From: Mobula hypostoma
Taxonomy: Eukaryota
Length of the DNA: 64,000 nucleotides
NCBI RefSeq assembly: GCF_963921235.1
Contig: NC_086108.1
Location: 105,898,001 to 105,962,000 of the forward strand
Direction of reading: 5' to 3'
Position numbers and translations under genes: made by a program. Below, in pieces: positions 52,716-64,000 of the stretch. The notes beneath the pieces were generated by a model that was not told the origin of the DNA, searched no databases, and worked only from the letters and a program-made list of their open reading frames with translations. Each line of letters opens with the position of its first letter. The first letter of the stretch is position 1.

Positions 52716-54075
52716 ATAGAACATAGAATAGTACAGCACAGTACAGGCCCTTCGGCCCACAATGTTGTGCCGACCCTCAAACCCTGCCTCCCATATAAGC
52801 CCCCACCTTAAATTCCTCCATATACCTGTCTAGTAGTCTCTTAAACTTCACTAGTGTATCTGTCTCCACCACCAACTCAGGCAGTGCATTCCACGCACCA
52901 ACCACTCTCTGAGTAAAAAACCTTCCTCTAATATCCCCCTTGAACTTCCCACCCCTTACCTTAAAGCCATGTCCTCTTGTATTGAGCAGTGGTGCCCTGG
53001 GGAAGAAGCGCTGGTTATCCACTCTATCTATTCCTCTTATTATCTTGTACACCTCTATTATGTCTCCTCTCATCCTCCTTCTCTCCAAAGAGTAAAGCCC
53101 TAGCTCCCTTAATCTCTGATCATAATGCATACTTTCTAAACCAGGCAGCATCCTGGTAAATCTCTTCTGTATCCTTTCCAATGCTTCCACATCCTTCCTA
53201 TAGTGAGGCAACCAGAGCTGGACACAGTACTCCAAGTGTGGCCTAACCAGAGTTTTATAGAGCTGCATCATTACATCGCGACTCTTAAACTCTATCCCTC
53301 GACTTATGAAAGCTAACACCCCATAAGCTTTCTTAACTACCCTATCCAACTGTGAGGCAACTTTCAGGGATCTGTGGACATGTACCCCGAGATCCCTCTG
53401 CTCCTCCACACTACCAAGTATCCTGTCATTTACTTTGTACTCTGCCTTGGAGTTTGTCCTTCCAAAGTGTACCACCTCACACTTCTCTGGGTTGAACTCC
53501 ATCTGCCACTTCTCAGCCCACTTCTGCATCCTATCAATGTCTCTCTGCAATCTTTTACAATCCTCTACACTATCCACAACACCACCAACCTCTGTGTCGT
53601 CTGCAAACTTGCCAACCCACCCTTCTACCCCCACATCCAGGTCGTTAATAAAAATCACGAAAAGTAGAGGTCCCAGTACAGATCCTTGTGGGACACCACT
53701 AGTCACAATCCTCCAATCTGAATGTACTCCCTCCACCACCACCCTCTGCCTTCTGCAGGCAAGCCAATTCTGAATCCACCTGGCCAAACTTCCCTGGATC
53801 CCATGCCTTCTAACTTTCTGAATAAGCCTACTGTGTGGAACCTTGTCAAATGCCTTACTAAAATCCATATAGATCACATCCACTGCACTACCCTCATCTA
53901 TATGCCTGGTCACCTCCTAAAAGAACTCTATCAGGCTTGTTAGACACGATCTGCCCTCACAAAGCCATGCTGACTGTCCCTGATCAGACCATGATTCTCT
54001 AAATGCCCAGAGATCCTATCTCTAAGAATCTTTTCCAACAGCTTTCCCACCACAGACATAAGACTCACTGGTCCC
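52716..54075 (-). mobile_element. Young 5'-truncated CR1
   Basis: Uninterrupted 378-aa RT C-terminal ORF 53913-52777. Confidence 0.92.
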
Positions 54076-56685
54076 TACTACCTTTTTTGAACCAGGGGAC
54101 AACAGTCACCTCCCTCCAATCCTCCGGTACCATTTTTTAACCTGTCTGTTCCTATCTCTCTCCATGCTATTGTAAAGGGGATAGGATTATGATCACTATC
54201 TCCAGAATGCTCTCCTACTGAGAGATCTGACATCTGACCAGGTTCATTTCCCAATACCAGATCAAGTACAGTCTCTCCTCTTGTAGGCTTATCTACATAT
54301 TGTGTCAAGATACCTTCCCAAACACATCTAACAAACTCCACCCCATCTAAACCCCTTGATCTAGGGAGATGCCAATCGATATTTGGGAAACTAAAATCTC
54401 CCATCACGACAACTCTATTATTATTACATCTTTCCAGGATCTGCTTCCCTATCTGCTCCTTGATATCCCTGTTACTATTGGGTGGCCTATAAAAAACACC
54501 CAGTAAAATTATTGACTCCTTCCTGTTCTTAACCTCCACCCACAGAGACTCCGTAGACAATCCCTCAATGGCGTCCAACTTTTCTGCAGCTATGACACTA
54601 TCTCTGATCAACAGTGCCACGCCCCCACCTCTTTTGCCTCCTTCCCGGTGCTTTTTGAAACATCTAAAACCCAGCACTTGAAGTAACCATTCCTGTCCCT
54701 GAGCCATCTGTAATGGCCACCACATCATAGCTCCAAGTACTGACCCACATTCTAAGCTCATCCACTTTGTTCACAATACTCCTTGCATTAAAATAGACAC
54801 ATCTCAAACCTTTGGTCTGACAGCGTCCCTTCTCTATCACCTGCCTATCCTCCCTCTCTCTCTGTCTACAAGCTTTCTCTATTTGTGAGCAAACCTCCTC
54901 TTCCCCTGTCCCTTCAGTTCAGATCCCACCCCCCAACAATTCTAGTTTAAACTCTCCCCAGTAACCTTAACAAACCTCCCCACCAGGATATTGGTCCCCT
55001 GGGATTCAAGTGCAACCTGTCCTTTTTGTACAGGTCACACTGGCCCCAAAAGAGGTCCCAGTGATCTAGAAATCTGAATCCCTGCCCCCTGCTCTAATCC
55101 CTCAGCCACGTATTTATCCTCCACCTCACCCTATTCCTATACTGACGGTCGCGTGGCACAGGAAGTAATCCCAAGATTACTATCTTTGCAGTCCTGCTTC
55201 TCAACTTCCTTCCTAACTCCCTTTAGTCTTTTTTCAGGACCTCTTCCCTTTTCCTAACTATGTCATTGGTACCAATATAACAATATATACAACCTCTGGG
55301 TGTTCTCCCTCCCACGGCAGGATATCTTGGACGCGATCTGAAATGTCCCAGACCCTGGAACCTGGGAGGCAAACTACCATCCGATTTTCTGTCCTGCGTC
55401 CACAGAATCACTTGTCTGACCACCTAACTATAGAGTCCCCTATTACTACTGCCTTCCTCTTCCTTTCCCTACCCTTATGACCCACAGGGCCAGACTCTGT
55501 ACCACAGGCGTAGCCCCTGTTCCCTCCCCCAGGTAGGCTGTCTCCCCCAACAGTACTCAAACAGGAATACTTATTGTCAAGGGGTACAGCCACAGGGTTA
55601 CTCTCTAGTACCTGACTCTTCCCCTTCCCCTTCCTGACTGTTACCCACTTATCTATCTCCCGTGATCCCAGTGTGACAGCCCGCCTCTAACTCCTTTCTA
55701 TCACCTCTTCGCTCTCCCTGACCAGGAAAAGGTCATCGAGCTGCATCTCCAGTTCCCTAACTTGGTCCCTTTGGAGCTGCAGCTCGACACTATGGCCGTC
55801 CACTATGGCTCGTCAGATATGGCCGTCCAGGACACTGGGAGACTCTAGGATCGCCCATATCTGACTCCGAGCACAGAAAACTGGCCTCACACATGTACTA
55901 CTTCCTTTCCGCAATTAACACAGGTAAACCTACCTCGCCTCGTTACCGCCTAAGCCCGTTGAGCCAAAACCCTATCACTCTGCCGCCGCTCACTACACTG
56001 CCTGATGGATATGGCTGTCTTCTTTATAAACCTTGCCTCTCTTTTACCCCGAGTTGTAAAACTGCCCTCGTTCCTGAAATCAGCCATTCACTCGCAGCCT
56101 TCTTGCTCCAAAGAGGGAATGGCGAGGGAAGAAATCGATATTCATGTCATCAGTTTGGAGGCTACCCAGACTGATATGTAAGGTATTGCTCCTCCACCCT
56201 GAGGGCAGCTCATCTTGGAACAAGAGGAAGCCATGGATCAACATGTTGTAATAGAAATGGGAATAAGAATGGCCACCAGGAAGTTCTGCTTTTGGCAGAA
56301 GGAGCGAACGATGCTTCAGTGAAATGCATTGTCCTATGTCAAGTGAAATTGGCGAGGATTGCGCCAGCAGCAGCTGCCAGGGTCACTACACTTTCTGGTG
56401 CCAACATGGCATGCCCAAAGCTTACTGACCCTAACCACATGTCTTAGGAATGTGAGGGAAACTGGAGGCCATGGGATCCAGGGGGGAATGTGCAAATTCC
56501 TAATAGACAGTGGTGGGAATGGAAGCATGATCGGTGATCAGTGGTGCTGTAGAAAGGAGGCAGGCATAAAAACCTCAGAAAGAGGAAAGCAGAAATCAGC
56601 AACACACTGCTCTTTGCTCTAACTCCTCCTTCCTGCTTCATCTTCAATATGTTGCATAACTCTCGACTTCTACCTGAGATCAGGA

Positions 56686-56760
56686 CATAGAATATTGAAC
56701 ACAGAACATGGAACATGGAACACTGAACATGGAACATGGAACACTGAACATGGAACATAG
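56686..56760. repeat. 7-mer tandem repeat (GAACATG/GAACACT) with 21-bp periodicity
   Basis: Direct reading. Confidence 0.8.
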
Positions 56761-59540
56761 TTCAAAGTAAAATTAATTATCAGAGTACATACATGTAACC
56801 ACATACAACTCTGAGATTCTTTTTCTGCGGGCCAAACTTAGCAAATCTACAGAACAGTAACTGTAAAAAAACTGTGCATATGCAAATATAAGTAAATAGC
56901 AATAAATAATGAGCATGAAATAGCAATATAACAGAGTCCTTAAATGCGTGTAGCTATCCCTTTTTGTTCAAGATCCTGATGATAGAGGGGCAGTAACTGT
57001 TCTTGAACCTGGTGGTGCGAGCCCTGAGGCTCTTGTACCTTCTACTGGATGGCAACAGCAAGAAAAAAAATCATGGCCAGCATGGCCTGGGTGGTGAGGA
57101 TCTTTGATGATGGATGCTGCTTTTCTGTGGCAACATTTCATGTAGATGTGCTCAGTGGTTGGGAGGTTTTATACCCATGATGTACTGGGTTGAATCCACT
57201 ACCTTTGCAGGATTTTCTGCTCATTGGTGTTCCCCTACTGGGCTTTAATGCAGCCAGTCACCACACTTTCCACCACACATCTATAGAGGTTTGCTCAGGT
57301 TTTTAATGGCATGCCGAACCTATGCAGACTCCTCAAGAATTAGAGGCACAGTTGTGCTTTATTTGCAATTATATTTATATGATGGTCCAGGACAGGTCCT
57401 CTGAGATAGTGACAGCCAGGAATTTAAAGTTACTGACCCTCTCTATCTCTGATCCTCCAATGCTAACTCGCTTATGGACCTCTGGTTTCCCTCTCCTGAA
57501 GTCTACAACCAGTTCCTTGGCCTTATTGACACTGAGTGAGAGGTATTGTTATTACACCACTCAGCCAAATTTTCAGTCTCCCTCCTGTATGCTGATTCAT
57601 CATCCCCTTTGATTTAGCCCACCATAGTGGTGTCATCAGCAAACTTCTACATGGTGTTGGAGCTGCCACACTGTCATAGGTGTAAAGTGAGTAGAGCGGG
57701 AGCTGAGACACGCCCCTGTGGTGCTCCTGTGCTGATGGAGTCTGTGGAGGAGATGTTTTGCCAATCTGAACTGACTGGGGTCTACGTATGAGGAAATCCA
57801 GGATGCAGTTGCTCAAGATGTTATTGAAGCCCAGGTCTTGGAGTTTAATGATTAGTTTAGAGGGGATGATCATGTTAAATGCCGAGCTGAAAATGATAAA
57901 GAGCATCCTGATGTTTGCGTCTTCGCTGTCCAGATGATCCAGGGTTGTGTGAAGAGCCAATGAGATGGCATCTACTGTAGACCTGTTGTGCAGTAGGCAG
58001 ATTGGAGCTGATCCAAGTCACCGCTCATACTGGAGCTGAAAGGCTTCAACACCAGCTTCTCAAAACACTTCACCACTGTGGATGCAAGTGCCACTGGGTT
58101 ATAGTCATTTAGACAGTTTTCCACACTCTTCTTGGGTACCAGTACGACTGAAGCCTGCTTGAAGCAGGTGGGTACCACACACTGCCAGAGTGAGAGAGTG
58201 AAGAAATCCATGAATATACCAGCCAGCTGGTCAGCACAGGTCTTCAATACTCGGCCAAGTACTCTGACCAGACTCGATGCTTTTCTTGGATCCACTCTCT
58301 TGAAGGCATCCCGCAAGTCATCCTGCCACAGTTATCGACATCCCTGGTTAAATCCATAGAAACCGTAGAAACCATAGAAACTACAGCACAGACACAGGCC
58401 TTTTGGCCCTTCTTGGCTGTGCCGAACCATTTTCTGCCTAGTCCCACTGACCTGCACACGGACTATATCCCTCCATACACCTCCCATCCTTGTATCTGTC
58501 CAATTTATTCTTAAATGTTAAAAAAGAACCCGCATTTACCACCTCATCTGGCAGCTCATTCCATACTCCCACCACTCTCTGTGTGAAGAAGCCCCCCTTA
58601 ATGTTCCCTTTAAACTTTTCCCCCTTCACCCTTAACCCATGTCCTCTGGTTTTTTTCTCCCCTTGCCTCAGTGGAAAAAGCCTGCTTGCATTCACTCTAT
58701 CTATACCCATCATAATTTTATATACCTCTATCAAATCTCTCCTCATTCTTCTACGCTCCAGGGAATAAAGTCCTAACCTATTCAACCTTTCTCTGTAACT
58801 GAGTTTCTCAAGTCCCGGCAACATCCTTGTAAACCTTCTCTGCACTCTTTCAACCTTATTTATATCCTTCCTGTAATTTGGTGACCAAAACTGAACACAA
58901 TACTCCAGATTCGGCCTCACCAATGCCTTATACAACCTCATCATAACATTCCAGCTCTTATACTCAATACTTTGATTAATAAAGGCCAGTGTACCAAAAG
59001 CTCTCTTTACGACCCTATCCAGTCTAGTTCTGAATCTCCACTTTGCCCGAGAGATAGCCTTACAGAGATCGTACCTGCACCTCTTTTGGCATTCTTGATC
59101 TCAGGACTTGAGTGCCCCTGATCTGGCTCTCAGCAGGTTCTGGATTTCATTGTTCATCCAGGGATTCTGATTGGGGAAAATACTGGACGATTTTGTGGGG
59201 GTACACTCATCCACAGCTGTTTTAATAAAGTCTGTAATGACCCTGGTGTAATCATACAGGTCCTCAGATGTGTTCTTGAACACAGCCCAGTCTACTGACT
59301 CAAGGCAATCCTGTAACTATTCTATGCCTCCTGGGACCACCTCTTAGCTATCTTGATCTCTGGAGACTTTTCCTTTGGGCTCTGTCTGTATACAGGTAGT
59401 AGCGGCACAGCCAAATGATCCGATTTGCCAAAATGTGGTCTTGGGAAAGAACAATAGGCATTCCTTATTGTAGTGTTGCAGTGGTCTAGTGCGTTGGGAC
59501 TGCTGTTGCAACAGGTTACGTGCTGGTGATAATTGGACTC
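56761..59540 (-). mobile_element. Rex1/Babar LINE, degenerate
   Basis: HFGKSDH, CLNDYNPVAL, FSSAFN, FADD motifs. Confidence 0.8.
58352..59020 (-). mobile_element. 5'-truncated CR1 inserted in Rex
   Basis: ORF 58944-58438. Confidence 0.9.
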
Positions 59541-61085
59541 TGAACATGGAACACAGGACAGTACAGCATCGCACAGGCCCTTTGGCCAAAGATATTGTGC
59601 CAACATTTTAAAAGGATTCAAAGTATATTAATTATCAGCGTGTGTATGTAGAATATAACTCTGAGATTCATCCTCCCACAGGCAGCCATGAAACAAAGAA
59701 ATACCATGGAACCCATTCAAAAAAACATCAAACACTTAACCCATGATAAAAAAAACAAATTGCACAAATGGCGAAAAGTGAGCAAACAACACATAGAATA
59801 TCAAACATCAAAACTCTCCCTCCATTTATCTGTCATCCATGTAAACATAGAACATTACAGGAAGTGCAGACCCTTCAGCCCACCATGTTGTGCTGACCTT
59901 TTAACCTACTCTAGGATCAATCTAACCCTTCCCTCTAACCCTTCCCTGCATTTTCCTATCATCCATGTTCCTATCGCAGAGTTTCATAAATGTCCCTAAT
60001 ATATCTGCTTATACCACCACCCCTAAAAGGGTGCTCCACACACCCACTGCTCTCTATGTAAGGAGCTTACCTTTGACACCCCGCTAAACTTTCTTCCAAT
60101 CACGTTAAAATTTTGCCCCTTTGTATGAGCCATTTCCACCCTGGAGAAATGTCTCTGGCTGTCCACTTATTCATGGTCTCTTATCATCCTGTTCACCTCT
60201 ATCAAGTCACCTATCATCAACCTTCACTCCAAAGACAAAAGCCCCAGTTCACTCAGTCCTCCCACAGTGCAAGGATGTGCCAGTAGGTTCAGTCTCTCCT
60301 GTAAATGATCTCTTCAAGTTGGTTAATAGTTAAAATATAATAAGACCTTCTCTAATCCAGGTGGCATCCTGGTGAATCTCCTCTGCACCCTCTCTAAAGC
60401 CTCTATATCCTTGCTATAATGAGGCAAACCAGAAATGAACACAGTACTCCAAGCATGGCCTAACCATACTTCTAATGTTCAGGGTAAAGTTGTTTCTTAT
60501 CTTTTATTAGTAGCCAGTCCCTTTTCGGAGACCACATCACCTAATTGTGGAAACCCCTTTTCAGTGCACCGCAATTTTATCAAACATCTATTCTATCAAA
60601 CCCTCTCACAATCACCACCCCTCAGCCTCCTGTTACCCATTTTTTGGGTAGTTGGGTATCCCTGATGATGGATGCTGTTTTCCTGTGCCAAAATTTCATT
60701 GTACAATCATGTGACAAATAAAGCTAATCTTAAAAAAAAACTTAAAGGAGCTTAGCGTGGTGTGAGGAGAGACCTTGACAAGGATGGTTAAGATCCAAAT
60801 GCCAGAGTATCCAAGGAGAACAAACGAGAACTCAAACGAGAACAAAACATGAGACAATACTTCTAGTTGAGCTCATGATTGAGCTTTGGCACCAAAACAT
60901 GATTGCCAATTAGTGAGACGGTGTTCAACCCTTAAAGAGACTGCACCAGCTATACATACTCCGAATATTTAGAGCATCTAAACCCCAGATGCTGGCGTGG
61001 TTGGGTGTGTCTTGTAACAGATTGGGTTGTGGACTTTAAACAATGACCACAGCGAAGGTCTGGTGACATCACTGGCAGATCTCAC

Positions 61086-61118
61086 CCTTGCCTTCTGATT
61101 TCCGCAGCACATCTAGAG
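61086..61118 (-). CDS. Candidate host-gene micro-exon (xLDVLRKSEGK)
   Basis: Acceptor catacactcag and donor AGG|gtgaga; 33 nt, phase 1-1, in frame with 63489-63617. Confidence 0.4.
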
Positions 61119-61742
61119 CTGAGTGTATGCAATGGATAGATATCCAGAAAAATTAATCTAGATATCTTCACTAACTGTGTGAAGCAGTACTCATTAAATA
61201 ATATGCAAAGTAAATGCTCAGCATCGGTGCTCGAGGGTTCTATGCTTGATAGCTGTCATCGTCTAGTGACTCAATCCGAGAAAGTAGCAGGGCAGGTGAT
61301 GTTATAGCATGGTGTGTTCAATATCGACCTCAGGCTTTCCCACTTCAGAGTCTTCATCTTCTCTCTGATCCTGCTTGGGTCTCCTCCCACAGCGCAAGGA
61401 TGTGCCAGTAGGTTCAGTTTCTCCTGTAAGTGATCTCTTCGAGTTGGTTAATAGCTAAAATATAATCAACGGGGAGTTGATGAGTACGCGAGGAAGAGAA
61501 GTTGTTGGAGAAGAGGGAATTAAGGAAGGGGAATGGGATTAATAGGATTCCTCCCTGCGGAGTGGAAAGGTCCTGAAGGCTTGAATATCTTCTTAAGATA
61601 TCATTATAAAAATTTTCTCTTTGAAATTAAAAATGCATGTAGTTACATTAGTAACTACTGCAAAAAGAATGATGTTCTTATGTATATGAGACCACACGCA
61701 ACAGTTAATAGAACAGTATTTTACATGCCTGCGTTTACATTA

Positions 61743-62277
61743 ACATTCAGTGACCGCTTCATTAATTACAGGTGTGGAACCTGGTGTGGTCTTCTGGTGC
61801 TGTAGTTCATTCATGTCAAAGTTTAATGTATAGTGTATTCAACGATGCTCCACTGTACACCACTGTTGTAAAGTGTGGATACTTGTGTTACCGTCACCTT
61901 CCTGTCAGCTTGACCCAGTCTGGCCATTCACCTCTGACCTCTTTCATTAACAAGGTGTTTTCACTCACAGAAATGCTGCTCACTGGATGTCTTCATTCTT
62001 TTTTGCACTATTGTCTGCAAATCCTAGACTGCTGTGTGTGAAAATCTCATGAGATCAGCTGTTTCTGAGATACTCCAACCAACCCGTCTGGCACCAGCAA
62101 TCATTCCATGGTCAAAGTCACTTAGATCACATTTCCTCCCCATTCTGATGTTTGGTCTGAACAACGACTGAATCTCTTAACTTTGTCTGCATGCTTTTAT
62201 GCATTGAGTTGCTGCCACATCGTTGGCTATTTAGATATTTGCATAAAATGAATCGGTGTACAAGTGTACCTGAGTGT
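61743..62277. mobile_element. Tc1/mariner-type MITE, uninterrupted
   Basis: Degenerate TIRs; collinear with the pieces at 1247-9107. Confidence 0.7.
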
Positions 62278-62377
62278 ATAATTTCTGTGTCTTTTATGCT
62301 TGCATTTTTTATGTTCTGTGGCAGATGGAACTGCTCCGCATCTCTTTTTTATGCAGAGCAGCGTAAGATCTGCTCCC

Positions 62378-63083
62378 AACACCCGCCAACCTCAGCACCT
62401 GGTATGAAGATAAGACAGACAGGTGTGCTGCTTGTGGTGAGAAGGGAACACCTCAACACATCTTGAGTGCATGCAGAGTCAATCTCTCCAGCGGCATGTA
62501 CACGTGGAGACATAACAACGTTCTCAAAGTTGTAACAGAAGCGGTTGAGCAGAGAGTACTGCAGCACAACTTATCTCATGCCCCATGCTGCGCAGAACAT
62601 CGCATATCATTTGTGAAAGAAGGCTCCAAGTCAAGGGTGTACAGCACAGGCTCACGATCAAGTATACTTTCTTCAGCCAATGATTGGTGTGTCAAGGCCG
62701 ACCTGGACGGGAAAGGCAGTTTCCCGGAGCAAATAGCTTTCACCACATTGCGTCCAGATATAATCGTGTGGTCTGACGCCAGTAGAGAAGCGGTTATTGG
62801 TGAACTCTCAGTCCCCTGGGAAGACAACATCGATGAAGTCCATGAGTGCAAGTTAACCAAGTATGCAGAGTTGAGATCAGAGTGCAGAGACAGAGGGTGG
62901 AAGGTCTCACGTTATCCATTCGAAGTAGGCTGCCGTGGGTTTATTGCGTTGACCTTCCAGAAGTGGCTGCGTGACCTTGGCTTCACTAGAAGAGAGATCA
63001 AGTCAACCAGCAGGGCTGTAGCTGAGGCAGCAGAGAAAGGATCAGCATGGGTGTGGACCAAGTATGTGCAGAGGGGCAGATAG
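62378..63083 (+). pseudogene. Zn-knuckle plus restriction-like endonuclease C-terminus of the Hero ORF
   Basis: Open frame includes track ORF 62463-63083. Confidence 0.85.
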
Positions 63084-63196
63084 TCAGACAGTGTATACAT
63101 ATCTTGCAAACCCTTCAGTAGTTGCATAGACACCTGAAAAGCAGACTATCTGTTGGATGGAAGTGACTGATAGAGGCAGATGCCAAGTTTTTAAGC

Positions 63197-63315
63197 TCAC
63201 CAGTGGGAGGTGGTGCTTTAGCACTGCTGGCCCACCACCTCGAGGGAGTCTTGATCATAAGCGGGCCGAAACTCCTGAAGACAGGTGGCAGATCAACTGA
63301 TGATCCCACTGGTGA
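63197..63315 (+). ncRNA. Candidate permuted/pseudoknotted hammerhead ribozyme with kink-turn
   Basis: GUC, GAAA and CUGAUGA cores are each flanked by the correct complementary arms; see findings. Confidence 0.7.
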
Positions 63316-63488
63316 TAGCACGGGACAGTTAACATCTCAGTCTACGTGTATCTTTAACTCTGCTGCATTGTATTCGGAGTCAGAATCATTTTGTTCTCCT
63401 TTACACTCGTGTACTGAAGAATAACAATAAACAACGCCAAATCTTGAATCTTGATTTAAATGACTATTGGTCATCACACCTTACTTAC

Positions 63489-63617
63489 CCACACATTTCC
63501 TTTGTGCCTCCCTTTCCAGATCCTCAGCTTTCCTCAGGCTTTTAGAATTTACATTGACGTGGACGACTTGATCATTGATGTGGACAAACTGATGACTCGA
63601 CAGCCGGGATCCATCTG
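63489..63617 (-). CDS. Candidate host-gene exon (DGSRLSSHQFVHINDQVVHVNVNSKSLRKAEDLEREAQRKCV)
   Basis: Branch-like actgac, acceptor ttcattacag, donor G|gtaagt; 129 nt, open, phase 1-1. Confidence 0.55.
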
Positions 63618-63656
63618 CTGTAATGAACTGTCAGTTAACCTCATTCAAATCGCATG

Positions 63657-64000
63657 CACTCAGTGGACACTTTATTAGGCATACCTGAACCCCTGCTTGT
63701 TAATGTAAATATCTAATCAGCCAATCATATGGCAGCAATTCCATGCACGAAAGCATGCGGACATGGTCAAGAGGTTCAGTTGTTGTTCAGAGCAAACGTC
63801 AGAATGGGGAGGAAATGTGATCTAAGTGACTTTGACCATGGAATGATTGCTGGTGCCAGACAGGGTGGTTTGAATATCTCAGAAAATACTGATCACCTGG
63901 ATTTTTCTCATATAACAATCTCTAGAGTTTACAGAGAATGGTGTGTAAACCAAAAGAATATCCTGTGAGTGGCAGTTCTGGTGGCGAAACTCCTTGTCAA
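63657..64000. mobile_element. Tc1/mariner-type MITE (opposite orientation, runs off window)
   Basis: TIR cactcagtggacactttattagg; reverse complement of the 8883-9107 type. Confidence 0.7.

Larger units (their letters stand above)
47683..56105 (-). mobile_element. Full-length degenerate CR1 hosting four nested CR1s
   Basis: Tail at 47683; RT 49.9-52.7 kb; EN 54130-54800; ORF1 VIGDSIVR 55408-55593. Confidence 0.8.
47395..56310 (-). mobile_element. Penelope-like element (47395-47680 and 56110-56310) split by a CR1 stack
   Basis: Hammerhead core at 47456-47490. ORF-end remnant EEQYL...LGSLQTDDMNIDF at ~56130-56200. Confidence 0.6.
62315..63352 (+). mobile_element. 5'-truncated Hero-clade (RLE) non-LTR retrotransposon
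   Basis: DLLPTPANL, CCHC knuckle CAAC...HILSAC, YTWRHNNVL, RPDII, ELSVPWE, KLTKY, EVGCRG. Confidence 0.85.

Noticed and set aside
56540..56680. ISAFLFLRFLC resembling the RasGAP FLR motif (minus strand)
   Set aside because: Flanks show no GAP similarity and there is no suitable donor; probably chance in pyrimidine-rich DNA.
56686..56760. CRISPR-like array
   Set aside because: A simple 7-mer tandem repeat without spacers; eukaryotic context.
63260..63310. Alternative helix II AGCGGG/CCCACU for the Hero hammerhead
   Set aside because: It is mismatched and lacks G10.1-C11.1. GGCCC/GGGCC plus the 12-bp closing helix fits better.
63460..63678. Plus-strand ORF/exon ILSFPQAFRIYIDVDD
   Set aside because: No convincing donor site; the minus-strand reading has both splice sites and an open frame.

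Overview
This is a eukaryotic, transposon-saturated window with no prokaryotic features. The repeat set (CR1/L3 with SGNH-esterase ORF1, L1, RTE, Rex1/Babar, Penelope pLTRs, tRNA-SINEs, Tc1/hAT MITEs, Gypsy, Hero) suggests a vertebrate, probably a cartilaginous fish (inference). Most ORFs in the track are retroelement fragments or their antisense shadows. The elements form deeply nested stacks. A near-complete Gypsy LTR element (36669-40963) carries a tRNA-Trp PBS and a canonical -1 frameshift signal. Several small minus-strand exon candidates suggest the window is mostly intron of an unidentified host gene. The most notable observation is in the 3' UTR of a Hero-clade (RLE) non-LTR retrotransposon (63197-63315). 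It holds a complete hammerhead ribozyme core whose strands occur in a non-standard, pseudoknotted order, with a kink-turn. A second, divergent partial copy of this layout sits at positions 1-51. All calls were made by eye, and element boundaries without a TSD are approximate.
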